Below, piece by piece: positions 1 to 13,817 of a stretch of DNA of 64,000 bases (its first letter is position 1; every line of letters begins with the position of its first letter). The stretch is taken from NCBI RefSeq assembly GCF_036321535.1, contig NC_087472.1, positions 93,436,001 through 93,500,000 of the forward strand, read 5' to 3'. The notes beneath the pieces were generated by a model that was not told the origin of the DNA, made no database searches, and saw only the letters and a program-made list of their open reading frames with translations. The translations under genes and the position numbers were made by a program. The stretch comes from Camelus dromedarius (Eukaryota).

Positions 1-39
1 TTCAAAGGTAGTAGTATGCTCTTGAGGGAATAAGTTCTG

Positions 40-197
40 AGCTCTGTGATTGTTTCCTCATCAACCAAAGGTGGTAATAATAAAATATAAATAATAGAAT
101 TGTTGGGAGAAAAAAAGGCAATTTGTTTGAAGAGTTTAGCATTAAGCTTGACAAAGAGTATTGCTTGACAAAATGTAGCAATGATTATTACTATTAC
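40..197 (+). mobile_element. MIR SINE fragment
   Basis: Degenerate MIR core (ctctgtg...tttcctcatc) and tail ending gattattactatt. Confidence 0.55.
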
Positions 198-294
198 TGT
201 GGTGACTTTCCACTATCCATATAGTAATTACTACCGCCATCTACTTCCCTCTTAGGAAGAATTTATAAAACTGCTATGTGGAGAAAGGATGGGT

Positions 295-450
295 TTTTGA
301 GTTAGACTTACTTGCATTTAAAATATCAATTATACAAGCTGCTAGGTATATGAACTCTGGATAAGTTATTCACTCTTTCATAGGCCTAGTAGTCCTCATC
401 TGTGAAATGGAGATTGTATCAGAGAACTGTTTTCAGAAAATAAAATGAGA
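295..450 (+). mobile_element. MIR SINE fragment
   Basis: ggataagttattcactct...tcctcatctgtgaaatggagat core motif. Confidence 0.7.
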
Positions 451-1357
451 GCTGACAGTCAGAGCAAGATATATTGATTGAGTGTGTTTTTGTCAGGTGG
501 TGATGTGGAGGTAAGCCTTATGGAAAATATGTGTTTGGGATGAGATGAAGGGTAGGGAACCAATAGGGAATTCCAAGTCATGTAAGGCTTTTAAGGAAAT
601 AATTTAGTTCTAAGCATATTTGTGCTTTTGGTAGTAGTTTGAAAAGTTTTGTAGGTGTGACATAGAAAACAAACTGTTCAAATGAAAAATAAGATATTAT
701 CTCTGTCACCCCATTTAATGTAACACTTTATCTGTGGCAGTTTACAGTTGTTTATGAGAATGGTATGTGTGTTAAAGAGCCCCAAGGTTTTTGGAAGTTT
801 GAAACCTCATAGCTAATAAAGAACACTAATGGAAATGATAATGTTGCAGTTGCAGCAGACTGGGTTTTGTATTATTTTATAATTATGATGTTATGCTTTT
901 CTCTTACTAAAATACTAACAATTTGCTAGGCCAGTAAAGCCTAATAAGTTGGTGAGCACATCGTTTGATTTGCTCCTGTGGTTGCAGAAGAGTTTGAGTA
1001 TTTTTGAAGCAGAAACAGATAAAAGAAGGCTTATTTAAAATAATAAAATCCAGAAGTGAAATAGAGAGGGAAAAAAAGGAAACTTCCCCGGTGTTCAGGG
1101 CTGGTGTGTCTGTGGTCCAATATTCAGTCATCTATAAAGGCCTTCTCCAGAAGTATAGATCCCATGAGATGTTTGGAATGACACCCTCAGTGATTACACT
1201 TGTCCTATGTTTGTTTTTTCAAAACAAAAATATTTCTTTAAAAGATAGTACATCAAGTCTCTTATGTTGTGATTTAGTTTCTTATTAATTTGTTGTTCCC
1301 CTAGAGCCAAAGAAAGGGGCTCACAGAAGGGAAGCAGAGAGGGGACGAACTAGGGGG

Positions 1358-1771
1358 TATGGTAGATTATAATACTGCTCAGAAATATTTACTTATTCTT
1401 GCCTCTCCCTATTCAAGAGGTGGAGTATATTTCCCTATCCTTTGATTTTTGGGTTTATGTGACTTGCGTTGGCCAAAAGAATGCAGTGAAAGTAACAACA
1501 TAACTGGTCTGAGCCTTGGTCTTAAAGGGCTTCATGGTTCTTTGCTTGCAAGTCTTGTGCTTCTGCCATTTCTATGATATTTCTGAGCTTACTTGTCAGT
1601 TCAACAAGGAAGAAGAGAGATACATGGATAGAACTACTCCAGCCAAGTCCAGCCTAAATCAGGTGATCCCTAGCTTACCCATTGATGCATAAGAAATACA
1701 TGTGTAGTATTGTACGTAACCAGGATTTAGTGTTTGTTATGCAGTGTGCCATAGTGATAGATAACTGACAC
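1358..1771 (+). mobile_element. MaLR solo LTR (old MLT1, G/H/I-like)
   Basis: gaggtggagtatatttccc, tgtgacttgcgttggccaaaagaatg and 3' end tgtttgttatgcag...gataactgacaca. Confidence 0.8.
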
Positions 1772-2834
1772 AGTAGGGCATGCTTAAAACCAGTTTTGCC
1801 TATTCTCCACCATTTTTCAAGTTCCTTTCCCCTCACATGAGGCCTGAAGAAACTCGTTGAAGGGACTATAGTGTAGACATAACTCTACTAAAGTCTTTAT
1901 TATTTTTCCAGGCCCAAGTAAAGCATCCATGATTATGTTTTCTCTTGAAGTATATCAAATTGCCTCCTTAAAGCTTGCTGTTTTTCAGTTGCATCTATTG
2001 TTTTTTAATGCACATCTTTCATGAAGAATCTCTTAAATGAAATAAATGATCAGTGAAGGGTGTTTTACCTTGTCTCTTTTGCTCTTTTTCTGGTTTTCTT
2101 GAATTTTCTTGTGGTGATTTATACAAACTGACTCTTTGTCTAGGATTGTCTATTCAAATCACAGGTCCTTAGTCTTAATATTTTCTTCTTCAGCTCCTGT
2201 TAACTTACTATTTTGTACTGTGTGCAGGAAAAAAAACATTATTGGAGGTTTTAAAAAGCGGTTGAGATGGAAAGAGAGTAAAGTATATTCATCATTATTT
2301 TGATCCTTTCAGACATGCTCTTTCACTATTTCTAAAACTTAGAAAATTGAGCACATTGTGAGGACATCTCCAAACTCTCTTTAATCTCTATAAACATGCA
2401 TCAGTTACAAAGTGAACCAATTCAGATAGAACTATAGGTTAAAACATTAGCTTACTCTTTCTCTCTTTAGTCAAGTGAATCTCATCCTAGGTTTGTAATG
2501 AGAGATCCTAGAATTTAGTCACTTGATAAGTTATGAAAAAGTTTCAGTATGTTAAGTGGGGTATCTGGAAAAAGTAGAAATTGCATAAGATTTTTTTCTG
2601 TGTATCTCTGGTATTTACATGGTTTGTTTTAAAACTGACCCACGCTATTATTTTTCAAAACATAGTTTTCTCATATTCAGGCCTTTTCCCTTTACGGTGT
2701 TATTATAACTTGACAATTATGAGTATTAAAATAGTGATCTTTTCCTACTACCCAATATTGATTCCGTTAAAGAAACTTTACATGCTCCAAAAGAGTCTTT
2801 CCTACTCCCACTTTTAAATTTTATCCAAACTTTA

Positions 2835-3065
2835 TCAATCCATTCTTCACCTAATAATCAAAGTGATATTTTAAAATTCGAATCAGATTATCTCATTTTT
2901 TTGCTTAAATTCTCCAGTCATTTCCAATTTCACCTGAAATAAAATCTAATGTCTCAAATGAGGTATTAAATTCTCTTCCCTCTTTGCTTTTCTTTTCTGT
3001 CAGCCTCACTATCTTCTTTCATATCCTCTGAAAACCCCTTTTCTGGAAAACTCTTTTCTCATCTC
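2835..3065 (+). mobile_element. L2 LINE fragment
   Basis: ccattcttcac...aagtgatattttaaaa...aatcagatta...tgcttaaa resembles the L2 3' region. Confidence 0.6.
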
Positions 3066-3309
3066 AGGACTTAGAAAGTAGCATTTGCAAAAACATGTAT
3101 GTACAAGAATGTATGGAAAATTCAGGAAAGGAAAAATCATTCTTTATGAATGTGGAATAGGGCAGATCAAGAGTGGCTGCAACGATTAGCTTATGTTTAC
3201 TCATGCTACAGAAAATATTTGTGTTTTTGTTAGTACATGTGATAATATATGCATTATACAAATGCATATATATATCACCATTTTCTCTTGGTTAAGTCAA
3301 GATAAAGTA

Positions 3310-3440
3310 TAATAAATTCAAGTTGGCGGGTGTGATCAAATGTCTCTTACTGTATAGGTAATATAAATTATTTAACCTCTTTGAGCCTCAGGTTTCTCAT
3401 GTGAAAAAGAAGAAGAGGAATACCTACTCACAGGGTTATA
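3310..3440 (+). mobile_element. MIR SINE fragment
   Basis: ttatttaacctctttgagcctcaggtttctcatgtg...tacctactcacagggtt. Confidence 0.7.
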
Positions 3441-4619
3441 TCTCAGAGTTTCTTTTTTTTTTTTTTAAGGCACACTAAGCACTCAGCACATTGGACCTAT
3501 TCTGTGCACATCAGGGAGTTAACTGCAGTGAAGAACGTTAAACACAAAATACAAATTTTACTCCCAATGAAATTATAAACTCTCAGAACAGAAATCTTTA
3601 AAGGGCAAAGGAGGTAAGCACCCATTAACCTACTCATCTTTTAATGTAATGACTAAAAATAGTAAAACTGTCTGGACTAAGAATTCCATTTCCCAAATGC
3701 AGACTCCTACCATGAGGTCACTGTGAAAGCTTTGATGGTGAGCATTGACCTCAAATATTTAAAGAACTAAATTCACCATGTTTGTGTGGCCAGGACCCAT
3801 TCCCCTTCAGGTTCAGCCACTGTATATTTCTCTCTGATTAAACACATGTTCCAATATTAACTAACATTTTTAACCTGATCGTCTTTTGCTAACAAAGCTT
3901 CCAGGAGCACCTTAGCCAGCTACATCATTCAGGAAAACAACTTAAAATTAATACACTAGTTTAGTTTTAAAAACATCATGAGCAGGCCAGGTAATGGAAA
4001 CTATTGTACTGCCTAAAGGAAATGAATATAGAAAGTATCTAAGAAATCAAGTTAAAAAATTCATTTTCTATGTATCATTTTGTAAAGAGCTCAAAAGTTT
4101 TGGCTGAAAAAAATTAAACCAAATCCTGTCCTTTACAAATTTAAGTCGCAGAACTCATGAGGACAGATTTTTTTTTATCCAATTGTTAATGCCTCTAGTA
4201 ACTACTTTAAATGCAACTTGTAATATTCTAACATTCAAAGTTTTTATTTTGGCCAAAATCCATAGTTGGAGAAAAAGGTTATTAAAAACAAATTCAGTCT
4301 CAAAAAGTTGAAGATCCACTTTGATATTAAGTAGGAAAGGCCTAATATAGTAGAATGTAAATAATCATGAGTTTATAAACTGCATAATACATTCAATAAT
4401 AATTTAATCTTACAGAAACATTGTTTTTTATTTGTTTGTTTGTTTTGTTTTTTGATTTAGTTTATGCCAAGCCACAGAACTCAATCCAAGGAATTTTCTA
4501 TGGCGCAACTATTCACTTGGAAATACAGGGCTTCCCTAGGATAGATGCTTAACTATTATGTTCTTTCTGATATTTGATGGCTTTTAGTGAGAGAGAAGTG
4601 GAGATAGAAAGAATATGGC

Positions 4620-4783
4620 ATCGGCATAATTCACTACATTTGGTATGAAATATAGGTTTAAATCCTGGGTTTCATGACACTGAGCAAGTTACTTAACATT
4701 TCTGTGTCTCAGTTCACTCCCGAGGATGATAGTAGTGGTCCTTACAGTGACTTGATGAGATAATAGCTCTAAGTTGTGTATGT
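4620..4783 (+). mobile_element. MIR SINE, apparently split by the LTR at 4784
   Basis: ggtttaaatcctgg...tgagcaagttacttaacatttctgtgtctcagtt; tail-like sequence resumes at ~5234-5280. Confidence 0.7.
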
Positions 4784-5233
4784 TGTTGTAGCAGATTGAG
4801 TTCTCCAGAAAGCTAACTCTGACTTGAAAATTAAGTTCATTATGGAGTACTCTTGGGGCAAACACTGTGGAAGGGAATATGCAGACATGGGATTAGGCAG
4901 AGGGAGAGGTTGGGCTGCAATGCAGTATCAGTGGAAGCCTCAGCCAACCCATGGAGAGTTCTGTAGACGCATGCAGTAAATCTTCAGAGGAGTCCTGAGT
5001 TTGGATGAGAGGAATGAGTCTTTATAGCCTTTCACAGATCAGTCATAAGATGTGGGCCATCTCAAATGATGGACTGATCTTGGCTGAGGTTGTACTTTTT
5101 AGCTGAGGCAATCACTGAAGAGGGCTTGGCAGCTTGAGGACTGTCAATCAGCAGCTGTTACTTCTAGCACCTGGGATACAACCGGCCCTTCATTTCTGAA
5201 GGGGATGTGGGCAGCACTTCAGTGTCTGCTGCA
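4784..5233 (-). mobile_element. ERVL solo LTR (LTR16-like)
   Basis: Minus strand starts tgcagcagacactg...gcccacatccccttcag and ends cagagttagctttctggagaactcaatct, matching LTR16-type termini. Confidence 0.75.
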
Positions 5234-6659
5234 GTTAGTCACAAAGTCAACTGTAATGTTTAGCAGTATATGTTATTATGGGAAGGCTCACTTTTCATAT
5301 TTCAAAGAGACTTTAGAAGTTCTATCCTGCCTCTTTTAATTCAGCTACACTTTTTCTTTATTTGAATTTGCTCTTCTATATTGAGTCAAGCACCCTACCA
5401 AGATGTCTTGCATGTCCTATATCACTTAATTTTCATAATCTGGTAAATTTTCAACCTGTTATCATTTTCAGCAAGTTACTATAAAGAAACTGATGTCAAA
5501 ATGGAGGGTATAAGCTTTTTAATTTATAAATCTAATATGTTCTTAAATAAGAATTCAACCTCAATATTTTTTTAATCTAAAGCCTATGAGATATTTTATT
5601 TAGAACTTTGGTATGGTTGGACTTTGCTATAATTTATAATTTATTTAAGCTATTTTGACAAAATCTTTTAATGCCTATAAGGATTTTACTTTAGCATATT
5701 CTATAGGCAATAATTATCATATTAAGATTAAATGCTAGATCTTTTAATTTTTGTATAATTTATAATTAGTTTAATTACATGGATTTCATTTAATTAGTAA
5801 AACTTGTGTTTCATTTGGATAGACAGGTAGACCTAGAATTTTCATAAACACCTGACAGATATTCTTGTATCTTATATAAAGTATATTAGCTCCATAATTT
5901 CTTACTATATTCTTCACTCATTTTGACTTAGTAGCACAAGTAAGCTGATTAAAATAAGGAGTTACCTAACCATTAAATGCCAGTCTAAAATAGAATGAAC
6001 GGGAAATATCACAAGATATAATGTGATATACACACATCAAGCAGTCTTTGAACAAATGCACTTTGTTCCCTGAGATGCACTAGTTAGAGGAGCATAAGCA
6101 GTGGTGTACAGAACAGCTGGGTATTTCAAGTAGCTCATTCATGTGGCACATTTAGTGAAGGAATTGAGGAGTTAGAAATATTTCTCCATAACCTAGGGCT
6201 CAGAGAAAAGCCTTGGAGGTACAGAGAGTGAAAAGGAGATCCAAGTGAGAGAAAAAGCAAAATGTATCATGGGCATATAAGTATAGAAGCAGACAGATAA
6301 CAGGAATGGCTTTTGTTTTGGCATGTAATCAAGTATTGCAATCATATGAAACATGTTGGGGTTGGGTATTTTGGAAGGCTTCTGAAAGTGTTATTCTCAG
6401 CAGTTTAGTGGTAGGAGGGAACAGCATTAGCCTCCAGGTTATGGGATCAGAGATCAGCTTCATCACATGAGAGTTAGTAGAAATTTCCCCCAGGTTATGG
6501 CACCAGATTTTCAGACAGTTTTAGTTTCTGATAGTGATATGATCTTTTCTTAAAAAATTTTTGTTGAGTATGTTATCAAAGTATTTTACAGGTAGATTGG
6601 AATTTACTGCATTAGTACTGGGATGCTATAGTTAAGATGAATTTAAAACAAGAAATTCT

Positions 6660-8812
6660 TGGAGCAGTATAGGTCATTCTCAACTTTGCTCCCACCTCAC
6701 AAGAAGAACATCTAACAACTATTCATGGACAAGACACCGCTGACAAAATCCTACAAAATGAGAGTGAGGCTAAAACACCTCCTGAACCATAGAGACCAAG
6801 ACAGAATGAATCAGAAGGATAAGAAGGGCAGTGACATGCTAACTACATTGCCCCTCCTGCAGGCTGGCCCAGCACCACACTGAAAAGTCTCCCCTAAGCC
6901 TCCAGTTCTTACAAGGGAAAAGAGAGCCCAGGGTGGACCTCCAGATACTTAGCATTATGGGTCGCTTTTTGAGATCACCCACTCTGGTCTCCCTTCACGG
7001 TGATTGTGAGGGAATCTATGGGGCTTGGTCACTGGGAATCTGATTGTGACTGAGAAAGGGGGAGGAGCTCACAACAGCCAGTGCTTAGATCTGGGCAGAC
7101 CAAGTTCCCACCTGCAGTGCCCAAGTTGTAGTCCCAACCAGTGGCTTTGTTCATCTGCAGAGCCAAGACTGTGGCACAGTCTGACCAAGGAACTGGGTAG
7201 GGTACAGATCTGCCTGATTTGGATCCTCAAAGGAAGAGCCTTGCCAGCCTGGAACCTGGTCTGCCTCACCCTCTGCCCACCCAGGCAGAGGAGCTGTCAT
7301 AGGCTCACCCTTGCCGAGTGTTGCTCCTGGCCATGCCTCACCAGAAAGCCTGTCCAGAATGCCTGGAGGTTGTGTAGCTCAGCGACACTCAAGCAGAGAG
7401 TCTGGCAGGTGGAGCTGATTTTCTGCAGAACAAAGCCAGTGGCCCCATTCAGCTAAGGAACTTGGGACGCTGGTTGGTTTGAGTCGAGACCACAAAGAAC
7501 CTTGCTATCCTTGGAATAGATTCTGCTCTGCGGGGACAGGAAAACTGATGGCTGAATACAGCCTTCAGCGGGCCTGATGGGAAATGTAACCAGAGTACAC
7601 AGGAAGCTGCACAGCCCATTCAGCCGCCTTGCTTACAGTGTCAGTTGAACAGAGAGCATAGCCAGCAGCTTTCCCCATCTGCAGAACAAAACTGGTGGCC
7701 CCGTCTGGCCAGGGAACTCAGTGCACATTCTTGCTTGATTCAGGTCCCCAAACAACAAGCAGTGCAGGTCTTGGGGCTGTTCTTCTGTCCCAGCAGGGTT
7801 GGGGAAGTAATTCATAGCCCTGCCTACATGAGTATAGTACCCAGCCCTATTGTCTAGGGAGTCCAGCCAAGGAACCCAGGCAACCATGGAGCCATCCTAC
7901 AGCCTTGCTTGGGTAGGGAACAAGCCAGCAGTTCTATTGGACTGTTTTCAGCCAGTGGCACCACCCTACCCCACCTCAGAGCTCCCACAGTGGCTCTGCC
8001 TCAAAAATAGACCCTGCTAGTAAGCCCACCTGCCCAAGGATGTTGTTACCAGCTGAAACGTCCAAAAACCCAAAGTGAACTGAATGGTAAAGAACTGTGT
8101 CTGCCAAACCATTAGGGTGGTTCAATGTATGCAAATCAATAAATGTGATACATCATATTAATAGAATGAAATATAAAAATAATATGATTACCTCAGTAGA
8201 TGCAGAGAAAGTATTGGACAAAATTCAACATCCTTTTGTAATAAAAACTCTCAACAAATTGGTTATAAAAGGAACATAACTCAACATAATAAAGGCTGTA
8301 TATGACAAGCCCACAGCTAACAATCATACTCAGTGGTGAAAGGTTGAAAGTTTTCCTGCTATGATCAGGAAAAAGACACGGGTGCCCACTGTAACCACTC
8401 TTACTGAAAGTCCTAGCTAGAGCATTAGGCAAGAAAAAGAAATAAAAAGCATCCAGATCAGAAAGGAAGAGGTAAAATTGTCTCTGTTTGCAGATAATAT
8501 GATCTTATATCTAGAAAATCATAAAGACTCCACCAAAAAGTGTTATGCCAACAAATTTAGTAATGTACAATCTAGTGGCTATCTAGTTAACAATACTACA
8601 TTAAATACTTGGAAGTTGCTAAGAGAGTAGATCTTAAATGTTTTCACCAAAAAATGAAATGATAATTATGCGAGGTAATGGAGGTGTTAACTAACCCTGC
8701 TGTGGTAATAATCATTTTGTAGTATATAAGTATCAAATCATCACATTGTACATCTTAAACTTACACCAAATTATATGTTAATAAGATCTCAGTAAAGCTG
8801 GAAAATAAAATT
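6660..8812 (+). mobile_element. L1 (L1MA-age) with two large internal deletions: 5'UTR + RT fragment + 3' terminus
   Basis: GC-richer L1 5'UTR-like block at 6660-8110. ORF2 RT segment at ~8113-8562 ([32 protein letters not shown]...[12 protein letters not shown]). L1MA-type 3' end at 8563-8812 ending ctcagtaaagctggaaaataaaa. Confidence 0.85.
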
Positions 8813-9029
8813 CAATGCTTCCCAAGAGGCCAGTCTCAACTAGATAAGGACTTGTGCCAGAATGAAACTCTATTCACTGCTTCCTTCTTTGAGAAATTCA
8901 TACTGTGAAAAAGAAATAATTGGCTGAATGAAATAGTGTGCTTAGTGAAATAAGTGAGTTACATTTTGGTATAAGCTCCTTATCTCATTGTTGCCTGGTC
9001 ATGGACAGGCAGCCATGAACTTGGTGTAG

Positions 9030-9225
9030 CATAGTTTTACATGTATCATTTAATTTAATCCTCATATCCATGCTATGAGAAATAATTATTAACCTTGTCT
9101 TACTGGAAATTGAGATCCAGAGAGTTAGTGTAATTCATTCAAGTGTCTGCCATTAGCAAATGCTGGTTAAGGATTTTCAATACAGACTAACTCCATTGTC
9201 CTCCTGTTTAATTATTGTGCTCTAT
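9030..9225 (-). mobile_element. MIR SINE
   Basis: catttaatttaatcctcata...ggaaattgagatccagagagtta. Confidence 0.7.
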
Positions 9226-10584
9226 TGACATTTGGAATATAAATGGGCTTTAGAAGCTTTTATACAAATTTTTAAAATGAGATCTTATGTATATCCCAAC
9301 ATATAAAATAAAATTATGTATTCGGTTTGATTTGGGAAAGCATAAAATTTGACATCTTACTCAGAGTCCATAAGCCCCATCTGTCTTGTTTTGTCTCTCT
9401 AGACACAGCTTGGATCCCTCTAAACTAGATTATACTGGAGATTGGCATAGTTACTAGAGCACAAACAAGTTTTATTTTGTTCACTTGATAACCTAGCCAA
9501 GGTATGTATGTATGTATAATTAGAGTACACAAAATACAATTTCATTTTGTGGCTCAGAACTATAAAGAACAAAAAGAAGTCATTATTCAAAACTCTGAGG
9601 TAACACTGATAGACTCAACCCAAGATCATCAGTCTGGGAATATCTTATTTTCTTGTTTCAGTGACTACTTTAAGTCTCTCTTTACCATGTTTTTATTGGT
9701 GGAAAGAATCATTTGGGAAACCCAAAAGTGATAAAAGAAGCATGACTCCTCAGTCTATACAGATACGTGTTAATTCCATGTAAATTTTTTTTCAGAGGAT
9801 GTTGAAAGCATATCAATATAAAATGGTAAAATTATTGCTATTTTTACCATTTTATTATGAACTCCTTGTTAGGGTCAGCTGCCTCAGGTTTAAAAAAAAA
9901 ATGTGAATATGTTGTTTCTTTCACTGAAATTAGCTTCTTTTAAGGCCTGGAGGGATAAAGTTTGAATTGCATATGTGATTTCTGTTGTTTGTGTCCTGAA
10001 GTTTGCATATAGCTAAAGTTCTACATTGTATTACAGGAATGATCAACAAATCTGTTAAGAATGCATTTCTCCCAGGCAAAAGCTAAAGATAAAAATATAG
10101 AGTTAACAAAGAGACTTTGCAATATGAAAATGTATCATATGAAAATAACCATGTTAACATAAAATATTTGTATGTCATAACCTTATTTTCAGTAAAATAA
10201 TTTTATATCATACATATAACTTTCTTAATAAGTGACCAAGTAAAATAGCAGCCCACTGATACTAATTATTTGGCTTATCTCCCTCAAACTATGTCTTAAA
10301 ATATGCTTCCGTTACTAAAACCATACTAAAAAAGCTACAAACATCATTCAAATAACTATTCCTGAGTATGCAGTTCACCACCAAGAGGAAATGCATTATT
10401 AAGTATCAGAGTATTTGCTAGTTCCATTCACATTCTGCTTGGTAGTAGTTACTGCTATTTGCCATTCCATAATTTACACTCAGACCTAACTGCTTGCAGC
10501 TTTTAAAACAAACAAAACTGTTTTTAACCTTGGGTGCTTGCTGACACTGTTCTTTTTATCTGGGAACCCACTCCACTTTTAATA

Positions 10585-11195
10585 GATTAATTAATGCTCC
10601 CTGCTTTAACAAAATCCCCACAATCTCATTGCCTTAACGTACAAAGACTTACTGCTTTTTATCAAATCTAAGCTGCCATCTATTGTAAGGTGCATTATTT
10701 TCTGTAGTGACAAGGAAGAAAAGGAAATCTCCCAGTTAAACTTTGGCACAGTGCATCTTTATCACCTTAATTTTAAGAAACATCCTTATTACAGAGAAAT
10801 TAAAATGTAGGAAGGAAAAGTACCTGAGAATCAATGTGATACCACATTCCCTTTGTGCATAGTGTACTGAAGATCATCTAGCTGGAAAGGGTCCCTTCCA
10901 GGCTGTGACTAAGGTATCCTGGCTCTTTCCATGTTAAGGCTCCGCTATCCCCTGGTGACTTATGAGTTTGTCATAGGATCCCATCCATCAGAATTAGCAA
11001 GAAGCCACAAGAGAGAGGACATAGAGGATGGCATTGGTTGTCTAAAGAGTCAGGTCTGGGAGTGCTTTATATCACTATCACTCGCATTCCTTTGGCAGCA
11101 CTGATCACATGACCCATCTAGATTTAAGAGGAGGAAGAATGTACTCTTTCTGTGGTCCAGGAGGAAAATGAAATGGTGTGAAGATCACATAGCAT
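10585..11195 (-). mobile_element. Old MaLR LTR (MLT1J/K-like) interrupted by a Tc2-like (MER104/Kanga-like) fragment at ~10650-10843
   Basis: MLT motifs aacaaaatccccacaatctcattgccttaac and cactcgcattcctttggc...tcacatgaccc. The insert has gccatctattgtaaggtgca...aatgtaggaaggaaaagtacctgagaatcaatgtgatac. Confidence 0.55.
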
Positions 11196-11375
11196 CACCA
11201 CTCCAATTCAGCCCCTATTGCTTCCACTCATCTTTCAAGACTTAGCACAAAAATCACCTTCTCTGTTCAATTTTTTCTTACTCATTTCTCTTCCGAGTTA
11301 AAATGACTGATCTTTCTTTTGTACTGTACTGATTTTCTGATATAAAATTAATAACCCTGCATGTTTGCATTAGAC

Positions 11376-11773
11376 TGTATCATAGTCTACTGGGCCTGCC
11401 ATAACAAAATACTACGTACTATGTGGTTTAAACAACATAAATTCATTTTCTCACAGTTCTTGACACTAAAAGTCCAAGATCAAGGTGCCAGTAGGGTTTA
11501 TTTCCCGTGAGACCACTCTTCCTTGCTTGCAAATAGCTGCCTTCTCACAGTTTACTCACGTGTCCTTTTCTCTGTGTGTGAACCAAGAGAGAGATCTCTC
11601 TGATGTCTGTCACTGTCCTCTAATGACACCTGTCCTATTGGATTAGAGTCTCACCTTTATGACCTCACTTAACCTTAATTACCTCCTTAAAGGCCCTATC
11701 TGCAAATATAATGACATTGGGAGGTTAGCGCTTCAACATATGAATTTTGAAGGGACACAATTCAGTCCATAAC
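11376..11773 (-). mobile_element. MaLR solo LTR (MLT1A-like)
   Basis: gccataacaaaatac...tctcacagttct...aagtccaagatcaaggtg...gggacacaattcagtccataaca. Confidence 0.9.
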
Positions 11774-12929
11774 ATACCAAGTCCTTTTTAATGAGTGGAT
11801 GCTCTGTGCCTGAAAGAATTAGAAAATGAATACATTGGTTTTAATTTAATTGAAATTAAATTGGAAGATGATGAAGAAGGGAAACTGTTGGGTTCTGGTT
11901 CTAGAATTTACATCATTTATCTGTGTGATTTAGAGCAAATCACTTTAACCTCTTCAGACACAAGTTTCTTTATCAAAAGTTTTCAGAACTGCAATAGATG
12001 GTCTTTAAATCTTGAATGCTAAAATTTATATCCTACCCATAATAAAAATTGATGAAAGATCTTAATTCTCAGGGCTCACAATTTTGATGTAGACTCATCT
12101 GTTTAAAGCAACAGATCATATTCCTGCATTGGGTCATAATTTGCATTCATGCAAATTCATGATTGAATTCATGATTTCTGTCTCTGTAACTACATCTTGG
12201 CACATGCTGAAGACACATTATCCTATTCTGATTTCCCTTGCTGTTGACTGGATTGAGGTATATATTCTAATAATTCTTCTCCATGAAGGAGTTCTTTAGC
12301 AAGTCTTTCCTCAGTTATTCCATTTTTGCAATGCAGGTGGGGAGATTTTCACATTTCAAAACACTAGTGAATAACATTCACATAAAGATATCTTTCAAAA
12401 TATAAGCAATTTCATCTCATTTGAATCCTACCAAGATCACCAGTGACTCTAAATGTTACTTGAAAAATGTATTTATTATAGTTAGAATGTATTCTTAAAA
12501 AAGCTAAAATCACCTTGAGCACTGTAAATAAGGGGTAACAATAAATAGTATTTCACCATGTAGTTAGAAGTCATCATCAGTGGTGAGTTAATAGTATTAG
12601 TTTTGAAATCAGTTATAGTTAGTATTTTTAGAAAAATACATTAAGAAAACAAAGAATGCTAATTTATTTGTCTAGGGAGGAAGAAGTTAAAACAAAATAC
12701 AAATAGTCAGAAAAAGTATCACTTTAGATTTGAAAATGTTTTCAAATGTATTTATTTCTCTGTAATTTAATTACATATTTTGGGCCTTTCAAAGGATGCT
12801 TCTCTGAAAGCAGGAATTGAAGAATATTTTAAAAAAATCAACATGTATGCATAGCAAGAGTTGGGTACAAATCAAAATAAAAGACTAATCATATATGTAT
12901 GTATATATATACATGTTATTAATTGCACC

Positions 12930-13160
12930 AATAATCAGTAGTATTTATCAAGCCTCAATATATACCAGTCACCCTATTCAGTGATTTGCATATATCATAA
13001 TAAATCCTCACACTAAACGAATGAGGCAGGTGCTATTAACATCCTGTTTTATAAATGTGCAATCCAACCAAGGTACAGAGATTTAATGTCAGGACTATAC
13101 AGTTAGAAATTTGTAAAGCATAGACAGTTTGATTTCAGAATTTGTATTCTTTCCATCATA
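12930..13160 (-). mobile_element. MIR SINE
   Basis: atttatcaagc...aatcctcacac...atgaggcaggtgctatt...ggtacagagatttaa. Confidence 0.7.
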
Positions 13161-13329
13161 TTAGACTATTTCTGATAGCACTGGAGCATCAATTATGTGA
13201 TTCATACCTAGTGTAAATAAAGTCATAATAAATTTCATACCTTTTTGTGTATAGTTGTTAAGTAATTTTTTATAGTACATAACTAGGCATGAATTAGAAG
13301 TATTTTTTATTCTTGTCAAAAATGTACAA

Positions 13330-13817
13330 ACAGAATCTAACAATGAATAAACAACAGATAAGCACTGTACAAAATACTAGTACTCTTCAAAAAATGTCAA
13401 AGTCAAGAAATACAAAGAAAGATTGGAGAATTTTCCAGTTGCTCCAGAATAAAATAAAAAGACTAGGAGTCATGACAAACACAGAGCGTGATCTTGGATT
13501 GGATCCTGCAATGGTGGTAAAGGGGAATAAATATAAAGGAGATTATTGGGAAAATTGACTAGATTTGAATGAGCTGAAGTTTGAATAATAATATTGTATC
13601 AGTGTTAATTTTCCTGTATTGTGGTTATGTAAGAGAATACACTTGTTCTTAGAAAATACACACTGAAGTACTGAAATATGTGTGTGTGGAGGGGGGCTGT
13701 GCATATGAAAGGAGAGAATAATAAAGCAAATGAGATAAAATGCAGAAATAAACAATCAGTGAATCTGATGAAAGCCATAAGGAGATTTTCTTGCAACTTT
13801 TCTTCAAGTTTGAATTC
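13330..13817 (+). mobile_element. Old L1 3' end (L1MC/MD-like)
   Basis: tcttggattggatcctg...aatattgtatcagtgttaattttcctg...cacactgaagta motifs. Confidence 0.75.

Noticed and set aside
3875..3919. Possible 45-nt minus-strand coding exon (LAKVLLEALLAKDDQ)
   Set aside because: Weak donor (gttaaa) and acceptor, no partner exons, and the peptide is not recognised.
7025..7887. Longest ORF (143 aa) and neighbouring ORFs
   Set aside because: They lie within the GC-richer L1 5'UTR-like block and show no recognisable protein similarity.
8097..8279. ORF with reverse-transcriptase sequence
   Set aside because: Short decayed L1 ORF2 fragment, not a functional RT or host gene.
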